Positions 1 to 8,157 of a stretch of 64,000 nt of DNA are shown here, in pieces (positions within the stretch are counted from its first letter, which is position 1; each line of letters opens with the position of its first letter). Under the pieces are notes generated by a model that saw nothing but the letters and a program-made list of their open reading frames with translations, ran no database searches and was not told the origin of the DNA. Origin of the DNA: Bacteroides sp. (GTDB lineage: Bacteria > Bacteroidota > Bacteroidia > Bacteroidales > Bacteroidaceae); NCBI GenBank assembly GCA_030152865.1, contig JASLIW010000053.1:27386-91385 (forward strand). Direction: 5' to 3'. The position numbers and the translations under genes were made by a program.

Positions 1-1758
1 AAAACAATAGATGCACTCTATGCCTTTACAGACTGCGAAGTGAGTATCTCACCCAACTGCTGTGTTATTGATGAGAACAAACCCCACTTCCTAACGGTAA
101 GTGATGTTTTAAAAAAGTCTGTAGATAATACACTAGACCTGCTACAACTTGAACTCGAAATCCGCAAAAATGAACTTCAGGAAAGCCTTCATCTAGCTTC
201 TTTAGAAAAAATATTTATAGAAGAGCGTATTTATAAAGACAAAGAGTTTGAGAATGCCAAGTCTATGGATATAGCCTGTGAGCATATAGATGAACGACTC
301 ACCCCTTTCTACCCCCAGTTTGTCCGTGAAGTAAGTAAGGATGACATCCTAAAGCTGATGGAAATAAAGATGGGTAGAATTTTGAAATTCAACTCTGAAA
401 AGGCAGAAGAATCTATCCTCAAGATGCAGGATGAAATAGCCTTAATCAACAAGGAGCTTTCCAATATGATCGCCTATACAGCACGTTGGTTTAAGGAAAT
501 TAAGAAGAAATACGGTCAAGATTATCCCAGACGTACCGAGATACGCAGCTTTGAAGATATAGAAATCACCAAAGTGGCCGAAGCTAATGAAAAATTATTT
601 TTCAACGCAGAAGAAGGCTTTATGGGTACAGATATCAAAGGAGAGTTTATTAACAACTGCTCTAAATTTGATGATATCATCATTTTCTATGAAAATGGGA
701 TCTACAAAATAACTCCTGTTGCCGATAAAAAGTTTATTGGCAAAAATGTGATTCACATTGATGTGTTCCAAAAAGATGATGAAAGAACCATCTACAACGT
801 AATCTATCGAGATGGAAAAGAAGGTGGAATACACTACATCAAGCGATTCTTTGTTACCTCAGTGATACGAGACAAAGAATATGATGTGACCCAAGGAACA
901 GCTGGATCCATTATTAAATACTTTAGTGCCAACCCCAATGGCGAAGCAGAAATCGTGCATGTAGAGCTTAAGATTAAGCCTAGCGAACGCAAAAGAATAC
1001 GTAAAACAGAGTTTGACGAAGACTTTAGCGAAATAGCTATTAAAGGCAAACAAGCTAAAGGGAATATTTTATCCAAACGTGATGTGAAAAAGATTACTCT
1101 TAAAGAACAAGGAGGCTCAACCTTAGGAGGTATAGATATCTGGTTTGACCCTGACGTGAAGCGCCTCAACCACGATGAGCGAGGAATATACCTAGGCGAG
1201 TTTACAGACGAGGATCGGATATTAGTAGTTACAACTAAGGGGATGTTCTACACCTGTACCTATGATATATCAACCTATTTTGAAGGGGAAATTAAGCTGA
1301 TTGAAAAACTCGATAAAGAAAAAGTATGGACAGCAGCACTCTTTGATGCTAATAACAACAATTACCCTTACTTAAAGCGCTTTAGCTTTGAGGAAGTCAA
1401 CAAGCCCGAGAGCTATTTGGGTGACAACGACAAAAGCAAGGAAATTATTTTGACTGATAAACCTCATCCTGTCTTTGAGGTTAAATTTGGCGGCAAAGAT
1501 AGCCATCGTAACTCCATAACTATAGATGCTGTAGAATTTATAGATAAGAAAGGATACGGAGCCAAAGGTAAGCGTATTAGTACATACAAGGTAGCCGAGC
1601 TTATAGATATTAGCCCTGAGGTAGAACCTCAAAGCCAAGAGGATGATACCAGTAAGGAACAAGAAGAACCTAAGCCTGCAAGTAGGAAAGAAATAAAAAG
1701 TCAAACCAAAAACAATAAAAAAGAAGATACGGACAGCGGACAGATGAGTTTGTTCTAA
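1..1758 (+). CDS. parC: DNA topoisomerase IV subunit A, 3' part (5' end lies outside the window)
   Basis: Frame is open from base 1 (KTIDALYAFTDCEVSISPN). LEKIFIEERIYK, RRTEI and GGSTLGG motifs resemble Bacteroidetes ParC. The GTG at 40 is not the true start. Confidence 0.85.
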   Translation, partial: KTIDALYAFTDCEVSISPNCCVIDENKPHFLTVSDVLKKSVDNTLDLLQLELEIRKNELQESLHLASLEKIFIEERIYKDKEFENAKSMDIACEHIDERLTPFYPQFVREVSKDDILKLMEIKMGRILKFNSEKAEESILKMQDEIALINKELSNMIAYTARWFKEIKKKYGQDYPRRTEIRSFEDIEITKVAEANEKLFFNAEEGFMGTDIKGEFINNCSKFDDIIIFYENGIYKITPVADKKFIGKNVIHIDVFQKDDERTIYNVIYRDGKEGGIHYIKRFFVTSVIRDKEYDVTQGTAGSIIKYFSANPNGEAEIVHVELKIKPSERKRIRKTEFDEDFSEIAIKGKQAKGNILSKRDVKKITLKEQGGSTLGGIDIWFDPDVKRLNHDERGIYLGEFTDEDRILVVTTKGMFYTCTYDISTYFEGEIKLIEKLDKEKVWTAALFDANNNNYPYLKRFSFEEVNKPESYLGDNDKSKEIILTDKPHPVFEVKFGGKDSHRNSITIDAVEFIDKKGYGAKGKRISTYKVAELIDISPEVEPQSQEDDTSKEQEEPKPASRKEIKSQTKNNKKEDTDSGQMSLF

Positions 1759-1780
1759 CCGTTAAGACTTCGAGCTCACT

Positions 1781-2635
1781 ATGAGAGTCAAATTCATATG
1801 GAGTTTATTGCTTGTATTGCTCCTAAACATCCCAACACAAGCACAAACAAAAGATGTAGCGCCACAAGGACCCTTAATTAATCGTGCCGTATCTTACGGC
1901 ATAGGTTATGCCAATATCTTCGATACTTATCTTTCTCCACAGGAGTATAAAGGTATTGATTTTAGGGTATTACGAGAAAGCTTTCGAATGACCAAATGGT
2001 TTGATGGCAATGTATCTATGCAAAACTTATTGCAAGCTAATATTTCATATACACATAATCGAGCAGACAATAACAATACGCTTTCAGGCCTACTCAACTG
2101 GAATATTGGACTACACTATCAGTTTCGTTTAAATCCAAAATTTAAAATTTTGGCAGGAGCACTCTTAGATACAAACCTTGGATTCGTTTATAACCTGAGA
2201 AATAGCAACAATCCTGCCTCGGCCAAGCTATATGCAAATCTTGCTCCATCGGCTCTAGCGATATGGAGAACGAAGATAAAAAACTACCCACTCATATTGC
2301 GCTATCAAGTCAATGTTCCGCTGATTGGCTTCATGTTTTCTCCACACTATGGTCAATCCTATTACGAGATATTCTCTGTAGGAAACGATAGTGGTGTAGT
2401 TCGATTTACTTCATTACATAATCAACCCGCACTTAGGCAGTTTTTCACCGTAGATCTACCCATTAGATCTACAACAATGAGATTAAGCTATATTTGCGAT
2501 ATACAACAATCCAAAGTAAATCAAATCAAAACGCATTCTTACACGCACAATTTCATGGTTGGATTTGTTACTGAGATGTTTAAAGTACGCCCAGCTCAGA
2601 CTAAGACGATTTCACCTCAACTCAAAGCCTATTAA
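1781..2635 (+). CDS. DUF3316-like secreted, probable outer-membrane beta-strand-rich protein
   Basis: Signal peptide ending TQA-Q; DTYLSPQEY and FSPHYGQSYYEIF motifs; alternating hydrophobic strands. Confidence 0.7.
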   Translation: MRVKFIWSLLLVLLLNIPTQAQTKDVAPQGPLINRAVSYGIGYANIFDTYLSPQEYKGIDFRVLRESFRMTKWFDGNVSMQNLLQANISYTHNRADNNNTLSGLLNWNIGLHYQFRLNPKFKILAGALLDTNLGFVYNLRNSNNPASAKLYANLAPSALAIWRTKIKNYPLILRYQVNVPLIGFMFSPHYGQSYYEIFSVGNDSGVVRFTSLHNQPALRQFFTVDLPIRSTTMRLSYICDIQQSKVNQIKTHSYTHNFMVGFVTEMFKVRPAQTKTISPQLKAY

Positions 2636-2649
2636 ACTAAGTAAATGCT

Positions 2650-3675
2650 ATGTTAAAGCTAAAGATAGATTCTATGCGTTTGCACTTCGCTGTTGTGTTG
2701 TTTCTCACACTACCATTCCTCCTGACCTCTTGCTATCGGGAAGACAAGATGGACAATACCCCTTATGGCAACTTTGAGGCACTGTGGAAAATCCTGGATG
2801 AGGGATACTGCTACTTCGACTACAAAGAGATTGACTGGGATGCTATCTACGATGAATACAGCCAAAAGATAACAAATCGAATGAGCCAAGAAGAGCTTTT
2901 TGAAGTCTTAGGCGAGATGACCAGAGAGCTCAAAGATGGCCATGTAAACCTCAGCTCTACCTTCAACACAGCGCGGTATTGGGAATGGTATGAGGATTAC
3001 CCACGCAATTTTAGTGAAGAAATTGTCGAAAAATACCTGGGTGTCAAACAAGATTATCAAATAGCTGGAGGACTTAAATACCGCATATTAGAAGACAATG
3101 TAGGGTATATCTACTACAGTAGCTTTATGTCTCCAATTAGCGAGAGCAATATCTCACAAGCCCTTAACCATTTAGCTCTTTGCAAAGGTTTGATTATAGA
3201 CATAAGAAACAATGGAGGAGGTAACATAACTAACTCAACTAGGCTTGCTGCTCGCTTTACTAATGAAGAGATAGTCACTGGCTATATTATGCATAAAAGA
3301 GGGAAAGGACACAGTGATTTCTCAACACCTTACCCCATCAAAATTAAACCTTCTAAACGAATCCGCTGGCAGAAGAAGGTAGTCGTTCTTACGAATCGAC
3401 ATACCTATAGTGCAGCAAATGACTTTACCAACAACATGCGATATATGCCCAACGTTACGATTATGGGCGATAAAACAGGTGGTGGCGGTGGATTGGCCTA
3501 TACCTCTGAGCTCCCCAATGGCTGGAGTGTGAGATTCTCTGCTAGTCCCCACTTAGATGCAGATAAAAAACACATTGAGTTTGGGATAGATCCTGATATA
3601 AAAATAGACTTAGATAAAATGGATATGATCCAGGGCATAGACAGCATGATTGAGGCAGCAAGAAAATTATTTTAA
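2650..3675 (+). CDS. S41 family peptidase lipoprotein (Tricorn C1 plus S41 domain); start may be the ATG at 2674
   Basis: Lipobox LLTSC; LKDGHV, IIDIRNNGGG, TYSAAN (catalytic Ser), GDKTGG and GIDPD motifs. Confidence 0.88.
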   Translation: MLKLKIDSMRLHFAVVLFLTLPFLLTSCYREDKMDNTPYGNFEALWKILDEGYCYFDYKEIDWDAIYDEYSQKITNRMSQEELFEVLGEMTRELKDGHVNLSSTFNTARYWEWYEDYPRNFSEEIVEKYLGVKQDYQIAGGLKYRILEDNVGYIYYSSFMSPISESNISQALNHLALCKGLIIDIRNNGGGNITNSTRLAARFTNEEIVTGYIMHKRGKGHSDFSTPYPIKIKPSKRIRWQKKVVVLTNRHTYSAANDFTNNMRYMPNVTIMGDKTGGGGGLAYTSELPNGWSVRFSASPHLDADKKHIEFGIDPDIKIDLDKMDMIQGIDSMIEAARKLF

Positions 3676-3692
3676 AAAATAATTGCTTTAAG

Positions 3693-3723
3693 TTTGTCAA
3701 AACTAAAAAAGTACTTATATTTG
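3693..3723 (+). promoter_or_regulatory. Bacteroidetes primary-sigma promoter for tRNA-Leu copy 1
   Basis: TTTG (3693-3696), 19-nt spacer, then TATATTTG (3716-3723), matching the -33 TTTG / -7 TAnnTTTG consensus. Confidence 0.75.
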
Positions 3724-3749
3724 CATCGCTAAAGAAAACAAAGCATCAT

Positions 3750-3834
3750 GCGGATGTGGCGTAATTGGTAGCCGCGCTAGACTTAGGATCTAGTGTCGTG
3801 AGACGTGAAGGTTCGAGTCCTTTCATCCGCACCA
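3750..3834 (+). tRNA. tRNA-Leu(TAG), copy 1, CCA encoded
   Basis: Acceptor GCGGATG/CATCCGC; anticodon arm CTAGA-CTTAGGA-TCTAG; long variable arm; GGTTCGAGTCC T arm. Confidence 0.97.
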
Positions 3835-3838
3835 AAAT

Positions 3839-3878
3839 AATAAGAGCTTCTAACAACAGTTAGGAGCTCTTATTGTAT
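3839..3878 (+). terminator. Terminator-like hairpin after tRNA-Leu copy 1
   Basis: AATAAGAGCTTCTAAC-AACA-GTTAGGAGCTCTTATT. Confidence 0.75.
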
Positions 3879-3991
3879 ATCCCTATACCACATGACAACA
3901 AACAAAAGCGAATTATAGAATCAGCTTGTATTAAAAAATGTTTATTCCTCAAAAAAATAGGCGAATCGTATTGTAGTTAAAAAAAATGCAG

Positions 3992-3999
3992 TAAATTTG
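3992..3999 (+). promoter_or_regulatory. -7 promoter box for tRNA-Leu copy 2
   Basis: TAAATTTG 21 nt upstream of the tRNA, with ATTG at 3970-3973 as a possible -33 element. Confidence 0.65.
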
Positions 4000-4020
4000 C
4001 AGTGTTCAAAACAACATCAG

Positions 4021-4105
4021 GCGGATGTGGCGTAATTGGTAGCCGCGCTAGACTTAGGATCTAGTGTCGTGAGACGTGAAGGTTCGAGTCCTTTCATCCG
4101 CACCA
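4021..4105 (+). tRNA. tRNA-Leu(TAG), copy 2, identical to copy 1, CCA encoded
   Basis: Same 85-nt sequence as 3750-3834. Confidence 0.97.
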
Positions 4106-4160
4106 AAACAATAAGAGCTTCTAACAACAGTTAGAAGCTCTTATTGTTATATCCCTGACA
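4085..4160 (+). repeat. 76-bp direct repeat, left copy (attL-like): tRNA-Leu 3' end plus terminator
   Basis: CGAGTCCTTTCATCCGCACCAAAACAATAAGAGCTTCTAACAACAGTTAGAAGCTCTTATTGTTATATCCCTGACA, identical to 6195-6270. Confidence 0.95.
4107..4148 (+). terminator. Terminator-like hairpin after tRNA-Leu copy 2
   Basis: AACAATAAGAGCTTCTAAC-AACA-GTTAGAAGCTCTTATTGTT, a perfect 19-bp stem. Confidence 0.8.
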
Positions 4161-4658
4161 CTAACCTAACTATTAGCAAAAGTAAGCTGGGAGATCAAAC
4201 CGAAAACCTTTGGGGTCTTTATATTTTGGTATAGATTTTGGCCAGTCTTAAAATATAAAAAGGGACATCTTTTACTCCTCCAAGTTTAGCTCTAAAGGTT
4301 TTAACTTTGGAACTCACAATTAAGTATGCAGGCTCCACCATCTTCTGCAAGTAAAGACCACTAATTCAATCAATAATTAAGTTTTAGAAATACTAAAATA
4401 AGCAAGTCAGTTTGCTAGATTTCAGAAATAAAAAGCAAATTTTATTCTATAAGCTAGAGCCGAAGATAATCTAAAAATATGCTGAGAGTGAAAACTTATT
4501 GAATAAGAACTTTTACAAGGAATAACAGAAGAAGAAATAAGATTGGTTTTTCAGACTAGAACACTCTTTAGGGCTTGAGTATAGTGTTTAATTCGCTTTC
4601 TCTTCTTTTGTGAAAGTAAAAACAATCCTTATTCTTATGTTCCTTCAAAACTTACCCC

Positions 4659-4694
4659 TATCTTTGTTACCACCGTAACTGTTACACCCGTAAT
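4659..4694 (+). promoter_or_regulatory. -7 promoter box of the islet gene followed by two tandem palindromic operator-like sites
   Basis: TATCTTTG (4659-4666), GTTAC-CACC-GTAAC (4666-4679) and GTTAC-ACCC-GTAAT (4681-4694). Confidence 0.6.
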
Positions 4695-4704
4695 TGATTC
4701 AATT

Positions 4705-6027
4705 ATGAAATTCTACAATAGAAAAAAAGAACTTGCTGAGCTGCGAAGGATACAAAACTTATCATTCACAGATCACTCTCGATTGACTGTGCTAACTGGT
4801 CGCAGACGAATTGGTAAAACAAGCCTTATCATGAAGGCTGTAGAGGATACTCCCACTGTTTATCTCTTTGTAGGGCGCAAGAATGAGGCTAGTCTGTGTA
4901 CTGAGTTTATCACTACAATATCCCAGTCGTTGGATACTTTTGTACCCACTGAAATTCAAACTTTTCGCTCGCTGTTTCAATACTTAATGGAGATTGCTAC
5001 CTCTAAAACTTTCAATTTAGTTATAGACGAGTTTCAAGAGTTTTATAACATTAATGAGTCTGTTTATAGCGACATGCAAAATATTTGGGATCAATATCGA
5101 AACAAAACCAAGATGAATTTGATAGTCAGTGGTTCGATATATTCCTTGATGCAGAAGATTTTTCAGAATTCCAAAGAACCACTGTTTGGACGTGCTGATA
5201 ATATTATCAAGCTTTCGGCTTTCGATTTGACAACCTTGAAAGAGATAATGACAGACCACCGACCAGGCTACACCAATGACGAGCTCTTGGCTCTTTATTC
5301 CTTCACGGGAGGAGTCCCCAAATATGTAGAACTGTTTTGTGATAATGGAATGTTGTCTGTTAATGAGATGATTGGTTTTATGATTCGAGATAACTCTTCT
5401 TTCACCGATGAAGGAAAAAATCTTTTAATTGAAGAATTTGGAAAAAACTATGCCACCTATTTTTCTATACTTAGTGCCATCTCAGGAGGTATAAATACTC
5501 AAGCTGAAATAGAATCAGCAATGGGAAATAAAAGCATAGGCGGGCAGCTGAAAAGATTGATTGAAGATTACAATATTATTGTTCGGCAGCGTCCTATTTT
5601 AGCTAAAGAGGGAACACAGGCAGTTCGCTATGAAATTCAAGATAATTTTCTTCATTTTTGGTTCAACTACTTCGACAGACATCGTTCACTTATTGAAATT
5701 AAAAACTTTAAAGGTTTACAAAAGATTGTAACAGATGACTACACTACCTACACTGGACGGATGTTGGAGCGTTATTTTAAACAACAATTTGCCGAAAGCT
5801 TCCTATACAAAGAGATTGGCTCTTGGTGGGAATTGAAAGGGAATCTGAATGAGATAGATATTGTCGCTTTAAAACTTGAAAAGAATCAAGCTGTAGTAGT
5901 AGAAGTAAAACGACAAAAGAAAAATTTCAAGCCTGAATTGTTCGCCTCAAAAGTAGAGCATCTGAAAAATAAGGTGTTGCCCAAATATACTATTGAGAGT
6001 AGGTGTTTGGGATTGGAGGATATGTAG
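4705..6027 (+). CDS. Archaeal-type (STAND-like, COG1672-type) ATPase with winged-helix region and C-terminal DUF234 / PD-(D/E)xK nuclease-like domain
   Basis: FYNRKKEL N-terminus; Walker A GRRRIGKT; Walker B LVIDEFQ; VSGS; TGGVPKY (GxP); DNFLHFWF; GRMLE; WW...EIDIV...VEVK. Confidence 0.85.
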   Translation: MKFYNRKKELAELRRIQNLSFTDHSRLTVLTGRRRIGKTSLIMKAVEDTPTVYLFVGRKNEASLCTEFITTISQSLDTFVPTEIQTFRSLFQYLMEIATSKTFNLVIDEFQEFYNINESVYSDMQNIWDQYRNKTKMNLIVSGSIYSLMQKIFQNSKEPLFGRADNIIKLSAFDLTTLKEIMTDHRPGYTNDELLALYSFTGGVPKYVELFCDNGMLSVNEMIGFMIRDNSSFTDEGKNLLIEEFGKNYATYFSILSAISGGINTQAEIESAMGNKSIGGQLKRLIEDYNIIVRQRPILAKEGTQAVRYEIQDNFLHFWFNYFDRHRSLIEIKNFKGLQKIVTDDYTTYTGRMLERYFKQQFAESFLYKEIGSWWELKGNLNEIDIVALKLEKNQAVVVEVKRQKKNFKPELFASKVEHLKNKVLPKYTIESRCLGLEDM

Positions 6028-6194
6028 GGAAACAAGAGAGAATATCTTCAAGGCCTAATACATTCATTCCCTACCTGCAGGCTATAAGACAGCAAAGCGT
6101 TGCAAAACTCAATATTAGACTACAACCCAAGTGTAACCTTACAGCTTTGGGAATTTTGTGAAGCAAGATATACAATACATTAAAGAAGAAAGTC

Positions 6195-6270
6195 CGAGTC
6201 CTTTCATCCGCACCAAAACAATAAGAGCTTCTAACAACAGTTAGAAGCTCTTATTGTTATATCCCTGACA
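6195..6270 (+). repeat. 76-bp direct repeat, right copy (attR-like): tRNA-Leu 3' fragment plus terminator
   Basis: Identical to 4085-4160; no tRNA 5' portion upstream of it. Confidence 0.95.
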
Positions 6271-6337
6271 AACCACGCTTCTATCCCTGCCAAAAATTAT
6301 TGATACAGGGAACAAGCAGTGGTCTGATCTTGACCTT

Positions 6338-7645
6338 TTATGCTGCTATCAAATAGAAGCTAATTAGGATGATTACACTCATCAATATAGTAGCTCCAAA
6401 GCCTCTAAATATCCAACGTGAGAGCTCTTTATTCTTTCCTCTACCTGAGAAGAAAAAAGCATAGCACATATTTACAAAAATATTACTTACCATGGCTTGC
6501 ATCGTACAAGCTACGATTACGAGTACAGCAATACTACTCGTCCCCTGTATCAAATTCAGAATAAATGGAGTGATATCGCTAAAGCCTGATATAACAGAGA
6601 GTAGGTTCAAACCTCCAGTACCTGCATAGAGCAAGGTATAGTGAGTAGCCAAGGTAAAGACCACGAATAAAAAAGCAAAGATAAGCGCTACTTTAAACTC
6701 AAGAGGATTACTTGTTTCTTCCTCTTCTTCCATACTGCTATCTTCTTTCTTAATAGGTCGTTTTGACTTGATATACCAAGCGATAGCAGCCGTTCCTACC
6801 GACATCAAACCGATGTAAGGATAGATCATTAGAAATACATCTTTACTAAAAATAAAGATGAGTATAAGGAAACGCACGAACATAATGGCTACTGCCAATA
6901 ACATAGCAGCTACATACTCACAAGCATAAGACTCTGGATCATTCTTACTTTTGCGTGCTAGAACAGAAATAGTAGCTGTACTACTATACAATCCACCAAT
7001 TATGCCCGACACAAGAATACCTGACTCTTTAAATACATAGCGTTTCAGTAAGTAAGATAGATAGGATATACCCGATACTACGACTGTAGCCAACCAGATG
7101 GTATAAGGCGTTAGGTTGATATCTGGTATGATATTTTCATCGGGTAGCATTGGAAGTATGATACCACTTATGGCCAAGAACTTAGCGAGTGTAATCATTT
7201 CATCATTCTGCATCCGATGGGCTATCTCTGTAAAGGTGTGTTTGAGCTCAGCAAAAAGAAGCACGGTTACTATCATCAAAAGATAAAACCAGCTGGGTTG
7301 AGTGGACACGATAGGACCAATACAATAGGTGATTAAGCCTATCACAATGGTGGTTAGCCCAAAGACATGAAACTCTTTTTGTTTGACATAATAGTGCGTA
7401 ATGAAAAGCAAACCCAGAATCACCCCTCCCATGATAAAAAGTATCATATTAACAGGGTCGAGGATGTACAGTAGGTAGCCTAATATGCCGATAAAAGTAA
7501 AAGTTCGGTCTGTGCCAAACAGCATGGACTCTCCTTCTCTTCGCATACTAATCTTCCGCTGGGATAAGCCTATCAAAAGGGAGAAAAGTGTTACCAGTAA
7601 AAAAGAAACTAACTCTTCAGGTACGTATCTTATCAGTCTTTCCAT
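6338..7645 (-). CDS. MgtC/SapB family membrane protein with C-terminal DUF4010
   Basis: LLIGL...FGTDRTF and GLTT MgtC-like motifs; ILPMLP, GGLYSSTAT and NPLEFKVAL DUF4010-like motifs; many transmembrane segments. Confidence 0.82.
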   Translation of the reverse strand: MERLIRYVPEELVSFLLVTLFSLLIGLSQRKISMRREGESMLFGTDRTFTFIGILGYLLYILDPVNMILFIMGGVILGLLFITHYYVKQKEFHVFGLTTIVIGLITYCIGPIVSTQPSWFYLLMIVTVLLFAELKHTFTEIAHRMQNDEMITLAKFLAISGIILPMLPDENIIPDINLTPYTIWLATVVVSGISYLSYLLKRYVFKESGILVSGIIGGLYSSTATISVLARKSKNDPESYACEYVAAMLLAVAIMFVRFLILIFIFSKDVFLMIYPYIGLMSVGTAAIAWYIKSKRPIKKEDSSMEEEEETSNPLEFKVALIFAFLFVVFTLATHYTLLYAGTGGLNLLSVISGFSDITPFILNLIQGTSSIAVLVIVACTMQAMVSNIFVNMCYAFFFSGRGKNKELSRWIFRGFGATILMSVIILISFYLIAA

Positions 7646-7648
7646 AGT

Positions 7649-8122
7649 CTATTTCCAAGTATTAAAGGGGTGTTTAGAAATATAAGCATTATAATAACGC
7701 ACATCACCTGTTACCTCTTGCCCTATAAAGGGAGGCAGCTCAAAGTGTTCTTTTTCAGAACTCAGCTCAATCTCAGCCAAAATTAAACCTTTATTGATTC
7801 CTTCAAACACATCGACTTCCCACATGTGATCAGCATAGTTTACTAAATATCTCACCTTTTCGATGCGCCCTGGCAAAGTGAGTTTCAACAACTCTAGGGC
7901 TTCATCTTTGGCTATTTCCTTTTCCCACTCATAGCGCGAAAGTCCATCTTCAGAGCTTCTACCTTTAATGGTTAAAAAGCCTCTTTGGTCTAGGACTCGC
8001 ACACGTACAGAGCGATCCTTATCAGTACTCAGATATCCTTGCTTAATAGCTAGGTAGCGATGGGCGCTATCTCTAAAAGAAAGGTCTTTAACTAAGTATT
8101 TTCTTTCAATTTCAATATTCAT
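7649..8122 (-). CDS. CYTH domain (triphosphate tunnel metalloenzyme) protein
   Basis: EIERKYLV, QGYL, VRVR, LTIKG, EKVRY, WEVDVF and AEIEL motifs. Confidence 0.92.
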   Translation of the reverse strand: MNIEIERKYLVKDLSFRDSAHRYLAIKQGYLSTDKDRSVRVRVLDQRGFLTIKGRSSEDGLSRYEWEKEIAKDEALELLKLTLPGRIEKVRYLVNYADHMWEVDVFEGINKGLILAEIELSSEKEHFELPPFIGQEVTGDVRYYNAYISKHPFNTWK

Positions 8123-8132
8123 ACTTGTTTAT

Positions 8133-8157
8133 AAAAAAAGGGAGACTAAGCTCCCTT
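8133..8157 (-). terminator. Intrinsic terminator between the 42-aa ORF and the CYTH gene
   Basis: Minus strand AAGGGAG-CTTAGT-CTCCCTT followed by a T run. Confidence 0.65.

Larger units (their letters stand above)
4085..6270. mobile_element. tRNA-Leu-anchored genomic islet (about 2.1 kb), single cargo gene, no integrase
   Basis: Bounded by exact 76-bp direct repeats that start in the tRNA T-loop; contains one non-housekeeping gene. Confidence 0.7.

Noticed and set aside
6195..6215. Third tRNA-Leu gene
   Set aside because: Only the last 21 nt (part of the T arm to CCA) are present. The upstream sequence cannot form the D or anticodon arms.
3750..6270. Three recurrences of a palindromic sequence as a possible CRISPR array
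   Set aside because: They are tRNA 3' ends plus terminators at irregular spacing (271 and 2110 bp), and there are no cas genes.
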